Positions 28,528 to 38,431 of a stretch of 56,207 nt of DNA are shown here, in pieces. The stretch's first letter is position 1, and each line of letters opens with the position of its first letter. The notes below the pieces were generated by a model. It searched no databases and was not told where the DNA came from. It saw only the letters and a list, made by a program, of their open reading frames with translations. Both the position numbers and the translations under genes were made by a program. The stretch is taken from positions 1 to 56,207 of the forward strand of contig JAMCWL010000089.1 of NCBI GenBank assembly GCA_023481285.1, given 5' to 3'. The DNA is from Actinomycetota bacterium (lineage in GTDB: Bacteria; Actinomycetota; Aquicultoria; Aquicultorales; JAMCWL01).

Positions 28528-29178
28528 TTGCCAAGCATAGATTTGAGATCCGACGAGGCGATGAATCGTAAAAACCCGGACTGCTCCGTGACGAAGAGAC
28601 TTGTCGATATCGTAATATCCGCTTCGCTGCTCATACTATTGGCTCCCCTTTTCGTAGTCATATCCCTCGTTGTGAAGCTGATGTCGGAAGGACCGGTTTT
28701 TTATCGCTGGAAGGTCGTCGGGCGCGACAACGCCGATTTTACTAGCTATAAATTCCGCTCGATGGTCGAGCATGCCGACCGCATCAAGCAAGCATTGGCG
28801 GAGCACAACGAGATGAACGGGCCGGTCTTCAAGATGAAGAACGATCCGAGGATCACCGCTGTAGGCTCGTTCTTAAGGAAATATAGTATCGACGAATTGC
28901 CCCAGTTGTTCAGCGTTTTACGAGGTCAAATGAGCCTTGTCGGTCCCAGACCACCAAGCAGGAAAGAGGCCGAGCAGTTCCGCCCATGGCAGAGGCGGAA
29001 GCTCAGCATTAAACCGGGAATCACCTGCCTCTGGCAGGTCGGGGGGCGCAATAAAATTACGGACTTCGACGAGTGGGTGAAGCTTGATCTCGAATACATC
29101 GACAATTGGTCGCTGAAGCTGGATTTCGAAATCCTATTCAAGACCCTGGTTGCCGTATTAAAAGGGACCGGGCAGTAA
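28528..29178 (+). CDS. Initiating polyprenyl-phosphate phospho-glycosyltransferase (Bac_transf)
   Basis: KRLVDI, KFRSM, DPRIT, IDELPQL, MSLVGPRP, KPGIT, LDLEYI motifs. Confidence 0.93.
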   Translation: MPSIDLRSDEAMNRKNPDCSVTKRLVDIVISASLLILLAPLFVVISLVVKLMSEGPVFYRWKVVGRDNADFTSYKFRSMVEHADRIKQALAEHNEMNGPVFKMKNDPRITAVGSFLRKYSIDELPQLFSVLRGQMSLVGPRPPSRKEAEQFRPWQRRKLSIKPGITCLWQVGGRNKITDFDEWVKLDLEYIDNWSLKLDFEILFKTLVAVLKGTGQ

Positions 29179-29214
29179 TTCGGACGTAAAGTACGTATAG
29201 GCATTGGAGTCGAT

Positions 29215-30162
29215 TTGAGAAAAAGAATAATGGTGACGGGGGCGGCGGGTTTCATCGGCGGCAATCTCTGCCGTCGCTTGGTCGATGAAGGATACGCGGT
29301 GGTCGGCATAGACGATCTATCGACGGGAATACCGGAGAACGTGCCTGCCGATATCGATTTCCACCTCGCCGATATCCGAGGAAGGGCGATCCATCCCCTA
29401 TTTAAAGATATCGATACCGTCTTTCATCTTGCCGCCAAGAACTGTCTATTCGACTGCTTGAACAGCCCTCTGGAGACCAGCGACATCAATGTAAGAGGCA
29501 CCGTGAACGTCCTCGAAGCGAGCAAAGAAGCGGGTATCGGGAAGTTCGTCTATGCGGATAGCTCGGCCGTCTACGAGGGCGTGCGGGATTTCCCCTCTAA
29601 GGTGGAGAGGGTCAAGCCCGTCGGGGCCTATGCGATAAGCAAGCATTCGGGCGCCTTGTTCGCCGAAATGTACAGAGCCTTCCATGGGCTCAATCTTACG
29701 ACGCTCCGCTATTTCAACGTCTACGGTCCGGCTCAGGATTATCGCAGGATAATGCCTCCGGCGATTAGCGCCTTTATCCTGAAGATATTCGAGGGCAACT
29801 CTCCGATCATCTACGGCGACGGGACGAAGCGTCGCGATTTCGTCTACGTCGACGACGTCAACGACTTACATCTCCTGACTATCGAAGATCCGCGAACCGA
29901 CGGGCGGGTTTTCAATGTCGGCTCCGGCGCCAACTACTCGGTCATCGAGATTTTCAACCTGATCTCCGAGGCCATGCACGTTAGCGTCGAACCGATCCTA
30001 CTCGATGAACTGCCCGGGGAAGCTGAGGTCACTCTGGCGGATATCACCCAAACGCTTGAATTGGGGTGGCGTCCGAGAACGAACATCCGACGGGGGATCC
30101 TCAATTCGATCGAGTATCTTAAGAAGGAATTCGAAAGCGGGAAGCTCGCTTCGCTGGATTGA
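29215..30162 (+). CDS. NAD-dependent epimerase/dehydratase
   Basis: VTGAAGFIG, YAISK, RYFNVYGP, RDFVYVDD motifs. Confidence 0.92.
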   Translation: MRKRIMVTGAAGFIGGNLCRRLVDEGYAVVGIDDLSTGIPENVPADIDFHLADIRGRAIHPLFKDIDTVFHLAAKNCLFDCLNSPLETSDINVRGTVNVLEASKEAGIGKFVYADSSAVYEGVRDFPSKVERVKPVGAYAISKHSGALFAEMYRAFHGLNLTTLRYFNVYGPAQDYRRIMPPAISAFILKIFEGNSPIIYGDGTKRRDFVYVDDVNDLHLLTIEDPRTDGRVFNVGSGANYSVIEIFNLISEAMHVSVEPILLDELPGEAEVTLADITQTLELGWRPRTNIRRGILNSIEYLKKEFESGKLASLD

Positions 30163-30179
30163 TCGATGGAGGTCCGAGG

Positions 30180-30992
30180 ATGAAGTTGGAGGGGAAAGTC
30201 GCCGTCATTACCGGCGCCAGCCGCGGCATCGGCGAGGCTATCGCCAAGAAATTCGCGATGGAGGGAGCGCTCTTGGCCATCGCGTCCCGTTCGAAAGCGA
30301 TCTTCAAGACGGCTGAAGGATTGAGGGCTCCTGTTCTGGCCCTGCAAGGGGATGTTTCCGATCCGGCTTTCGTGGAGCGGTTCTTCTCCGAGACGGTCGA
30401 CAGGTACGGGGGGCTGGATATTCTAATCAACAACGCCGCGGTTCAAGGCCCGATCGGTCCGCTGGCCGAAAACGATCCCGGTGAATGGTTTAAGACGATC
30501 GAAATAAACCTCTTCGGCGCCTTTCTCTGTTGCCGGGCCGCCATCCCCCTCATGAGCCGGCAAGGCGGTGGCAAAATCGTCAATTTTTCCGGTGGCGGGG
30601 CGACTTCTTGCAGACCGTACTTCTCCGCGTATGGAGCCTCGAAGACGGCTCTCGTTCGGATGACCGAGACCCTGGCCGAGGAGGTTCGACCCCTTAACAT
30701 CCAGGTAAACGCCATATCTCCGGGAGCAATAAACACGCGGATGTTGGAAGAGGTGCTCGAAGCGGGAGAGAAAGCTGGAAATTCCGAATCGAAAGCGGCT
30801 CGAGAGCGCATTGTCGCAGGGGGCGATCCCATCAGTAAACCCGTGGATTTGGTGCTTTTCCTAGCTTCCAACGAGTCCGTAGGTCTGTCCGGGAAGTTGA
30901 TCAGCGCCATCTGGGACGACCGGGAAGAGATTTTAAGAAAGGCCTCGACTCTTAACGGAAGCGACGTATATACGCTTAGGAGAATCTGCTAG
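30180..30992 (+). CDS. Classical SDR oxidoreductase
   Basis: ITGASRGIG, NNAA, YGASK motifs; RBS GGAGG before ATG 30180. Confidence 0.9.
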   Translation: MKLEGKVAVITGASRGIGEAIAKKFAMEGALLAIASRSKAIFKTAEGLRAPVLALQGDVSDPAFVERFFSETVDRYGGLDILINNAAVQGPIGPLAENDPGEWFKTIEINLFGAFLCCRAAIPLMSRQGGGKIVNFSGGGATSCRPYFSAYGASKTALVRMTETLAEEVRPLNIQVNAISPGAINTRMLEEVLEAGEKAGNSESKAARERIVAGGDPISKPVDLVLFLASNESVGLSGKLISAIWDDREEILRKASTLNGSDVYTLRRIC

Positions 30993-32021
30993 GTGAAAGA
31001 ATTGCGCATAGGAATCGTCGGCTGCGGCGGTATCGGCTCGAAGCGTCTGACAAGCGCCCTGTCCAACAGACTATCACAAATTGAGATAGTAGCCGATCTC
31101 GATAGCTCAAAAGCCAACCAACAAGCCAAATTCGCCGGTTGCCGCTGGACCGCCGATTGGCGGGAAGTCGTCGGTTCCCCTTCCGTAGATGCCGTGGTCG
31201 TTTCCACGACGAACGACAGCCTCGCCCCCATCGCGCTATCGGCGCTCGAAAACGATAAGCACGTTTTTTGCGAGAAACCGCTGTCCAGGGATGTGACTGA
31301 AGCCGAACCCTTGGTCGAAACGGCAAGAAGAAAAGGGCTTATCCTCAAGGTGGGTTTCACTCTACGCCACCACCCGGCGATCGCCGAAGCGCATAGGCTG
31401 TTCACCACGGAGGCGGTAGGCGCCCCTATGTTCATCAGGTGCGTCTACGGCCACGGAGGCCGTCCGGGGTACGATCGCGAATGGCGGGCGGATAGATCGA
31501 TTTCGGGCGGCGGGGAACTTCTCGACCAAGGGATTCACGTTCTGGATCTGTTTCGATGGTTCCTGGGCGATTTTCAGGAGATCTATGGATTAAATATAAG
31601 CGCCTACTGGGAGATGAAAGGAGCCGAAGACAACGCGTTCGCCGTGCTGAAAACGGCCGACGACAAGGTCGCCTCCATGCACGTGAGCTGCACCCAGTGG
31701 AAAAACCTCTTTCGCTTTGAAGCATACGGACGGAAAGGTAGTCTGCAAGTCGATGGCCTGGGAGGCGGTTACGGTTCCGAGAGGCTCACGATCAGCCTGG
31801 GAGCGGGAACGGGCCGGCCACCCGAGGAAAAAGAGGTCGCGTTCGATGACGCGGGCGCCTGCTGGGTGAATGAGTGGGAGGACTTCGTTGTCGCCATAGC
31901 GGGGAAGGGACGGGCGATCGGAGATGGTGCGGACGCTCTGGCGGCTCTCGGTTTGGTCTCCGCGTTATACGAGTCCGACGCGGAGCGAAGGATCATTCGC
32001 ACACCATATCGAGGGGTATGA
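30993..32021 (+). CDS. Gfo/Idh/MocA oxidoreductase
   Basis: IGIVGCGGIG, HVFCEKP, GGGELLDQGIHVLD motifs. Confidence 0.92.
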   Translation: MKELRIGIVGCGGIGSKRLTSALSNRLSQIEIVADLDSSKANQQAKFAGCRWTADWREVVGSPSVDAVVVSTTNDSLAPIALSALENDKHVFCEKPLSRDVTEAEPLVETARRKGLILKVGFTLRHHPAIAEAHRLFTTEAVGAPMFIRCVYGHGGRPGYDREWRADRSISGGGELLDQGIHVLDLFRWFLGDFQEIYGLNISAYWEMKGAEDNAFAVLKTADDKVASMHVSCTQWKNLFRFEAYGRKGSLQVDGLGGGYGSERLTISLGAGTGRPPEEKEVAFDDAGACWVNEWEDFVVAIAGKGRAIGDGADALAALGLVSALYESDAERRIIRTPYRGV

Positions 32022-32165
32022 CGGTTGAGAGGGGCATGAAGGCTGAGGGTGATCGCGTTTGAGTCCAGGAGACCTTGGTTGCAGCAGTTGCACACTCAAT
32101 CCGTTCGAATAGTAAGGAAAAGGACGGCTGGAACGACTACCCGAATCGGGGCTCGAACGCGGTTG

Positions 32166-32714
32166 TCACTTAGCAAGCTTCCATGGTCGCAGATCACTCG
32201 TCTTTTTGATGAAAGTAGTGAGGTTCATCTCCTCGAAGCCACAGTCGGCGTAGAATCCTAAGGCCGAGAGGTTGTCCTTGTCGGCGACGAGAGTTAGACG
32301 CTTGAGTCCCTTATCGGCCGCGATAGCCAAAAGCGCTTCCATCGCGTGCTTGCCGACGCCGCGCCGCCTGAACTCAGAAGCAATGTAGAAGTCCTCGATT
32401 CGGCCGCACCAGCCGCCTTCGGCGGTGCTGATCGAGCGGTGAAGGGCGACCGTTCCCGCGATCTCTTCGCCCACCTTGACCAGGTAGATGACCGCGTGGT
32501 CGGGGTTGTCCAGGATCGCCGAGAGGGCCGCCTCTTGCCGGTCGACTTCGGGATGGAAGTCCTTCTCAAGCGCGAAAAGCTCCCCTAGAAAGCCGACAAG
32601 AACCGGAACGTCCTCCCGGCTTGCCTTTACCAGATTCACGACGCATTCCGTGCGTATCTCGCGCGACCGAGAGCGCGGGTCGTCGGAAGATCGCCCGCAT
32701 CCCGTGTTGAGCAT
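32166..32714 (-). CDS. GNAT acetyltransferase
   Basis: FRRRGVG acetyl-CoA motif and NLSALGFYADCGF. Start inferred from a TGATG overlap with the PucR gene. Confidence 0.8.
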   Translation of the reverse strand: MLNTGCGRSSDDPRSRSREIRTECVVNLVKASREDVPVLVGFLGELFALEKDFHPEVDRQEAALSAILDNPDHAVIYLVKVGEEIAGTVALHRSISTAEGGWCGRIEDFYIASEFRRRGVGKHAMEALLAIAADKGLKRLTLVADKDNLSALGFYADCGFEEMNLTTFIKKTSDLRPWKLAK

Positions 32715-34321
32715 CACAGTTTTAGAAGATATTTTACATATAGGCCCATGTAGAGCTTCTCCCTCTCGGTTCCTTTGAAAGGATCGCATCCCGTTATCTC
32801 GCCAATCCTTTGGAGTCTATAGCGTACGGTATGTCGGTGAGCGTAAAGCTCCTCGGCGGCGAGGGCGACGTTCTCGTTGTTCCTGCGAAACGATTCCAGG
32901 GTCGGCAAGAGATCAGTGCCATGACGCTCATCGTAAGAGACTATCCGGCCGACCGTTTCCTCATAGTACCCGCGCCCATCTTCTCTTCCGTCCCTTGCCA
33001 GCGGCAGAAGAAGACGATAGATACCCACCTGGTCGAAGTCGGTTACCGACCCCGCGCCGTTCAGACGGCGCCCGGACTCAAGTGCAATCTTTGCCTCATC
33101 AAGCGACCTGATGATCTCACCCGAATCAACCTGCCAGCGGCTGACGCCCACAGTAGCCTGACCTTCTAGCGCTCTGGCAACGACTAGAATCCGTTCGGCG
33201 CCCTCCCTTGCGTACTTTGACCGGTTGGCCGCCCGCTCATCCTCCGCCGAGAGTATAACAACGAGACTGCCTTCATGCTCCATTACAAGAGAGTTCTTCG
33301 ATCCGCTCTTGATAACGCGCGCCACTTCGCGGTAAAAACGACCGAACAGCCGCTCGGGTTCCAAAGCGGTATAAAGGACGGCGTAACCTCTCGTAACGTC
33401 TCCGCCCAACCTCGCCACACGGGAATCTACCTGCTCCAGTGGAATGCGACCGGCGATCAAGTCTTCAAGAAAATCACCGTACACCCTGGCTTGGGCCTCT
33501 TCGATGGCCCTCTGGCGCGCTATCTCAACAGCGGAAGCTTCAGCCGACTTTTTTAGAAGACCTAAAGAGCGCTCGTCAAGATCGGGTGCGACGGTCGCGA
33601 CAACGCCGACTATCTCCATGCCGATCGTCACGGGTGCGACTAAAAGGTCATGCCCTGCAACCGTACGATGACCGGTCGTTTGACTTGATCCGTCGAAAAT
33701 ACTCTCCGCGCTCTCATGCCTCACCTCCACCTCGAGAAAGGCAACCAATTCTCTCGGAAATGGAGAGGTTGCCGGTGCCTCCGCGACCACCCCGTCCAGC
33801 CAGTCAAAGATAATTATCGGCGCATCGAGCCTCTTCGACGTGGAGGATGCGATGGCTTTTAAGCCTCTCCCGTCGATGGCCCCGCGAAGAAGCTCGTTAC
33901 CAAAGTCGCCAGCGGCCTCGGCAATGTCACGTCTGGCCATCGCCGAGTAGACGTCAGAGATGATCCTCGTCCAGCGGGTTTCTGACGGTACTTCGATGAC
34001 CGGGAATTGGAGCTTCCTGGCGAGCTCCAGCACATCGGGCGGCATAGATTCCAGGAACCTCGCGGGCTTTATAGCGAGCGCCGCCGCCGGGCCTCCGATT
34101 ATCTTCTTCGCAAACGCGCCGACTGTATCCGGATCGCGCGAAACCGCAAAGAAGGTGGAGAGCACGAGCTCTCCACCGGTCAGCCAGTTCGCTATATCCG
34201 GAACTTCCCCAACGGTCACCCCAGTGACCAGCCTGTCGAGTTGGTCTTCGCCCGCCAGGATTTTTGAGTCTTTTAAGCTTTCGATTTCCAGGATTTCGTC
34301 GAGACTTAGGCCCCTCATCAT
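32714..34321 (-). CDS. PucR-family transcriptional regulator
   Basis: EVPDIANWLTGGELVLST ligand domain; C-terminal AAEELYAHRHTVRYRLQRI HTH. Confidence 0.9.
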   Translation of the reverse strand: MMRGLSLDEILEIESLKDSKILAGEDQLDRLVTGVTVGEVPDIANWLTGGELVLSTFFAVSRDPDTVGAFAKKIIGGPAAALAIKPARFLESMPPDVLELARKLQFPVIEVPSETRWTRIISDVYSAMARRDIAEAAGDFGNELLRGAIDGRGLKAIASSTSKRLDAPIIIFDWLDGVVAEAPATSPFPRELVAFLEVEVRHESAESIFDGSSQTTGHRTVAGHDLLVAPVTIGMEIVGVVATVAPDLDERSLGLLKKSAEASAVEIARQRAIEEAQARVYGDFLEDLIAGRIPLEQVDSRVARLGGDVTRGYAVLYTALEPERLFGRFYREVARVIKSGSKNSLVMEHEGSLVVILSAEDERAANRSKYAREGAERILVVARALEGQATVGVSRWQVDSGEIIRSLDEAKIALESGRRLNGAGSVTDFDQVGIYRLLLPLARDGREDGRGYYEETVGRIVSYDERHGTDLLPTLESFRRNNENVALAAEELYAHRHTVRYRLQRIGEITGCDPFKGTEREKLYMGLYVKYLLKL

Positions 34322-34452
34322 TCCCTCGCTATTAAGGTCAACAAGAATATCGACCCTGAACCTTGCGGTTTTGTTTCATCACTGTTAAATCCAGGTAAAG
34401 TTTTTAGCCGGACGATGAATTGGGGGACGTTGGTTACCAAGAAAACTAACTA

Positions 34453-34481
34453 TTTACCAACTAGTAAATCTATTGTATATT
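34453..34481 (+). promoter_or_regulatory. Putative sigma-70 promoter giving a leaderless transposase mRNA
   Basis: TTTACC-17 bp-TATATT; the ATG at 34488 lies 7 nt after the -10 box and has no RBS. Confidence 0.55.
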
Positions 34482-34487
34482 TATCAT

Positions 34488-35447
34488 ATGCCAAGAAAAC
34501 CACGTCTTGATGCTCCAGGACTTCTTTATCATATCATCGCAAGAGGAATAGAGGGACGCGAAATATTTACTGACAATAAAGATAGGGATTTCTTTATCTT
34601 GCGCCTCGAAAAAATCTTAAAGGAGACAATTACTTCGATCTACGCGTTTGCCCTCATCCCCAACCATGTTCACCTTCTGTTGAGAAGAAACACGACGCCG
34701 ATTTCGACGGTGATGCGACGGCTTTTGACCGGGTATGCCCTCTATTTCAACAAGCGACAAAGAAGATACGGCTATCTCTTTCAAAACCGCTATAAGGCGA
34801 TCATCTGCCAGGAAAGTTCTTACTTCCTTGAGCTCGTAAGATACATCCACTTGAATCCGATCAGGGCTCATCTTATGACGTCGATTGAAGAGTTAAACTG
34901 CTATCCTTTCTCTGGACACAGCTACCTCGTTGGAAAAGAGAAAAGCGATTGGTTTGACACGGATGCCGTGCTATCCCACTTCGGTAAGGTAGAAAGAAGG
35001 GCAAAAAGCTCATATCTTACATTTGTAAGCGATGGCCTTTCGATGGGTAGACAAGCTAAGTTTACTGGCGGTGGGCTGAAGCGCTCCCTCGGACATCCTA
35101 AAGAATATCCTAAGACAAGAGAGGCCTTCGATGATCGCATCCTTGGCGAGGGAGGTTTCGTCGAAGCGGTTCTTGCTGCAGTTGAAAACCAGCCGCCTAC
35201 TCCCAATAAGCGCCCTGATTTTAACCTTCTCCTTTATGCTGTGTGTAAAAGGTTTGACGTATCAGAGGCTGAACTCTTGGGCAAAACACGAATCAAGCCG
35301 GTGGCGAATGCAAGAGCCGTCCTTGCGTATAGAATGTCAAAGGAGATAGGCCTCTCACGAGACGAGATCGCGCGTCTGCTCTCAATGACGGGGCCCGGGG
35401 CAATAAAAGCGATAAGGAAAGGGGCTGTCAACATAGGTAATACATAA
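34488..35447 (+). CDS. Y1 (HUH) transposase, RAYT-like, with C-terminal DnaA_C-like HTH
   Basis: MPRKPR, YHIIARG, PNHVHLL (HUH), GYLFQNRY, VRYIHLNP motifs. Confidence 0.9.
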   Translation: MPRKPRLDAPGLLYHIIARGIEGREIFTDNKDRDFFILRLEKILKETITSIYAFALIPNHVHLLLRRNTTPISTVMRRLLTGYALYFNKRQRRYGYLFQNRYKAIICQESSYFLELVRYIHLNPIRAHLMTSIEELNCYPFSGHSYLVGKEKSDWFDTDAVLSHFGKVERRAKSSYLTFVSDGLSMGRQAKFTGGGLKRSLGHPKEYPKTREAFDDRILGEGGFVEAVLAAVENQPPTPNKRPDFNLLLYAVCKRFDVSEAELLGKTRIKPVANARAVLAYRMSKEIGLSRDEIARLLSMTGPGAIKAIRKGAVNIGNT

Positions 35448-35483
35448 AGTTAGTAATTTTAGTAACCAACGTCCCCTATTATA

Positions 35484-35804
35484 CTAAGACCTTACCATCA
35501 CCAGCAGCATTTTTAATCTGTCCGTTGCTTTGAGGGCATGCGGTTGATTGGCAGGCATGATGACCATCTCGCCAGCCTTCGCCCGAAGCGTTTTCCCGGA
35601 GATGGTGATTTCCCCCTCGCCATCAAGGAGATAGACCAGAGCGTCATAGGGCGCAGCATGTTCACTAAGCCCTTGTCCTTTATCGAAAGCAAAGAGGGTG
35701 ACCGTTCCTACCTTTTTGTCGACGAGGGTACGGCTTACAACGGACCCTTCCTGGTATTCAACCAGGTTGATCAAGCTTAGCGCTTTAGCAACAAGCTCTT
35801 CCAT
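35484..35804 (-). CDS. Cupin domain protein
   Basis: FAFDKGQGLSEH...MPANQPHAL. Confidence 0.88.
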   Translation of the reverse strand: MEELVAKALSLINLVEYQEGSVVSRTLVDKKVGTVTLFAFDKGQGLSEHAAPYDALVYLLDGEGEITISGKTLRAKAGEMVIMPANQPHALKATDRLKMLLVMVRS

Positions 35805-35885
35805 ATTCGCCCACTCCTTGTGCCGCCTGCTCTCTCGGAAGGCACGCGTCTCCGCGCCGGGTTATTTCTCTCCGACGCAATACGT

Positions 35886-36836
35886 TCATCTCGCGTGATC
35901 TGTTTCCATAAGCTCTTCCGAAAAGGCGCCGAGCAGTCTTATCTCCGGTTCGAGAAGGACGCCGCTTGCCTCTTCGACGCGACGGCGCACCTTCAACATG
36001 AGGGCGTAAATATCCAAAGCCGTCGCTCCTCCGGTATTTATGATGAAGTTGGCGTGCTGCTCGGAGACCTTCGCGCCGCCGATGGAGAGGCCTTTGCAGC
36101 CCGCCTCCTCTATCAGGCGGCCGGCGGAATCTCCAGGCGGGTTCTTGAAGGTGCTCCCCGCGCTCGGATGGTGGAGGGGTTGGGTCTCCTTGCGCTGCCG
36201 GAAGAACCTCTCCATGTCCATCTGGACAAGATCGATATCGGCCGGGCGCAGTCCCAGCGAGACCTCGACGATGATCTCATCCTGCCCCAGGGAACTCTCA
36301 CGGTAACCGAAGGTCATCTCAGACTTATCGATTGAGCGCAGCTCTCCCTTGGATAAGAAAACGGTCGCACTTCTGACGATATCCCCAAGGCAACCGCCGT
36401 GGGCGCCGGCGTTGCCCGCGATCCCTCCGCCGAGCGTTCCCGGGATGCCTATGGCGAATGCAAGCCCGCCCAGTGCATGCTTAAGCGCCGCCTGCACCAG
36501 CATTGAAAGAGGCATGGCGCCGCCCGCCCTGATTTCACTCCCCGACACCTCGATTCGCCGGAAGTCGCGGCCCAGCCGGACGACGACGCCGTCGAACCCA
36601 GCATCGGAAATGAGCAGATTGGAGCCCTTGCCCAGGACGAACCAGGGCAGATCATAATCGACGACCGTCTCAAAGACGACCCTCAAATGATGGAAGGTAT
36701 CGGCGGTGGCAAAGACGGCCGCCGGGCCGCCGATTCGCAAGGTTGTCTCTTTAGCAAGCGGCCTGTCCGTGACCACACTCTCACCAAGGTGGCGCTCGAG
36801 AATTGAGTACGCTCTTCTAAGCCAGCGATCGGACAC
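35886..36836 (-). CDS. murB: UDP-N-acetylenolpyruvoylglucosamine reductase
   Basis: RIGGPA, GKGSNLL, GIPGTLGG, SAGSTFKNP, HANFIIN motifs. Confidence 0.95.
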   Translation of the reverse strand: MSDRWLRRAYSILERHLGESVVTDRPLAKETTLRIGGPAAVFATADTFHHLRVVFETVVDYDLPWFVLGKGSNLLISDAGFDGVVVRLGRDFRRIEVSGSEIRAGGAMPLSMLVQAALKHALGGLAFAIGIPGTLGGGIAGNAGAHGGCLGDIVRSATVFLSKGELRSIDKSEMTFGYRESSLGQDEIIVEVSLGLRPADIDLVQMDMERFFRQRKETQPLHHPSAGSTFKNPPGDSAGRLIEEAGCKGLSIGGAKVSEQHANFIINTGGATALDIYALMLKVRRRVEEASGVLLEPEIRLLGAFSEELMETDHAR

Positions 36837-36859
36837 AGATACTCTCCTAAAATACTTTT

Positions 36860-38302
36860 TTAGCCCGATGCGCCTTCCGCCATCGGGAAAGCGGGGGACG
36901 CGGGAGCCACAGCGTAGTGGCTTTCCATCCGGTGCGTCTGCAAATGGTGGTGCAGCTCCTCGCCGACCATCCAGACGTCACCCGCGCCCATCGTGATGAT
37001 GAGGTCGCCAGGGAGCGCGTGATCATCAAGAAAGTTCTTGATTTCGACCTTTTTAGGGAGGTAAACGACCCTCTGCCTGGGATTATGGGCGAGAACGGCG
37101 TCCAGGATCACCTTGCCGGTCACTCCGGGCACCGGCTGCTCGCCAGCCGCATAGACGTCCGTCAGTACGACCACATCGGCGGAGTCAAAAGCCTGTCCAA
37201 ATTCGTGGCCCAGAAGCCTGGTTCTCGAATAGCGGTGGGGCTGGAATATGCAGATGACCCGGTTCCATCCCCCATTCTTGGCCGCATCAAGAGTTGCTTG
37301 CACCTCGGTCGGGTGGTGGGCGTAATCGTCGACGATCGTAACTCCGGCCTGCCGACCGACCACTTGAAAACGCCTCTTGACGCCGGTAAAGCTTGCGAGG
37401 GCCCTGGTGATCTCTTCAACGCTCAATCCAACCGCACTGCCGACAGCCAACGTGGCCAGAGCGTTATATATATTGTGCTTACCGGGAACTTTAAGTCCAA
37501 CCTGCCCCAAGAGCTCTCCATCGCGATAGACCTCGAAGGTGCTTCCCAGCGCCTCCAGAGAGAGGTTGGCGGCCTGAAGATCGCACGCCTCCTCGAAGCC
37601 GTAAGTGACGAAGTTTGATTTGGATTTGGACAACAGAGACTTGACCGCCGGATGATCGCCGCAGACGAACGCGACACCGTTCTTCGGAAGGGCGTCGGCG
37701 AAGGCGAGGAAGGTCTCCTCGATCCGGTCGAACGAGCCGTAGAAATCGAGATGGTCCGGTTCGATATTTGTAATGACTATCATCTCAGGAGCCAGGCAGA
37801 GGAGGGAACCGTCGCTCTCATCCGCCTCCGCCACCAGGAACTCGCCCTGTCCGTACTTGGCGTTGCTCCCTATGTCGTTCAGCTCACCGCCTATCAAAAA
37901 CGTCGGGTCGAGACCGCACTTCTGGAATACGAGCGATATCATGGATGTGGTGGTCGTCTTGCCGTGAGTTCCGGCCACCGCAATACTGCGGTAACGCCTG
38001 GCGATCTGACTCAGCATTTGGGCTCGCGAGACGACCGGTATCGACAGCTCTCTCGCTCTAGCAAGTTCCGAATTTCCGGACGGAATCGCCGACGATATGA
38101 CGACGGTATCCTGGTCGATGACGTTATCAGGATCGTGATCGATCATTACTTTGACGCCCTCTTCGCGCAGGCTAAGCGTATTTCTCGACTCTTTAAGATC
38201 CGAACCCGAGACTTCGTATCCCATCGCCAGAAGAACCCTGGCGATGCCGCTCATCCCGGCCCCACCTATACCGATAAAGTGAACTTTCGCCAAGTTGTTC
38301 AA
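36860..38302 (-). CDS. murC: UDP-N-acetylmuramate-L-alanine ligase
   Basis: HFIGIGGAGMSG, GTHGKTTTT, EADESD, DDYAHHPTE, FQPHRY motifs; start trimmed to a TTG near the RBS. Confidence 0.95.
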   Translation of the reverse strand: MNNLAKVHFIGIGGAGMSGIARVLLAMGYEVSGSDLKESRNTLSLREEGVKVMIDHDPDNVIDQDTVVISSAIPSGNSELARARELSIPVVSRAQMLSQIARRYRSIAVAGTHGKTTTTSMISLVFQKCGLDPTFLIGGELNDIGSNAKYGQGEFLVAEADESDGSLLCLAPEMIVITNIEPDHLDFYGSFDRIEETFLAFADALPKNGVAFVCGDHPAVKSLLSKSKSNFVTYGFEEACDLQAANLSLEALGSTFEVYRDGELLGQVGLKVPGKHNIYNALATLAVGSAVGLSVEEITRALASFTGVKRRFQVVGRQAGVTIVDDYAHHPTEVQATLDAAKNGGWNRVICIFQPHRYSRTRLLGHEFGQAFDSADVVVLTDVYAAGEQPVPGVTGKVILDAVLAHNPRQRVVYLPKKVEIKNFLDDHALPGDLIITMGAGDVWMVGEELHHHLQTHRMESHYAVAPASPAFPMAEGASG

Positions 38303-38431
38303 TGCTCCTTCTCCATAAGTCAACCAGCCTACCAGCCACATTGCGTCCGGTAAATTGTACCTCATATAGCCGCATGATGGCCGTCGCGGAATCCCTTGCC
38401 CGAAATCGAACAAATCCAACGGATTTCCGGT

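Larger units (their letters stand above)
34423..35476. mobile_element. Y1/RAYT-like transposase cassette bounded by 29-bp imperfect inverted repeats
   Basis: Left end 34423-34451 GGGGACGTTGGTTACCAAGAAAACTAACT vs rc of right end 35448-35476 GGGGACGTTGGTTACTAAAATTACTAACT: 25/29 identical, first 15 perfect. Visibly AT-richer than the flanks; no target-site duplication seen. Confidence 0.75.
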
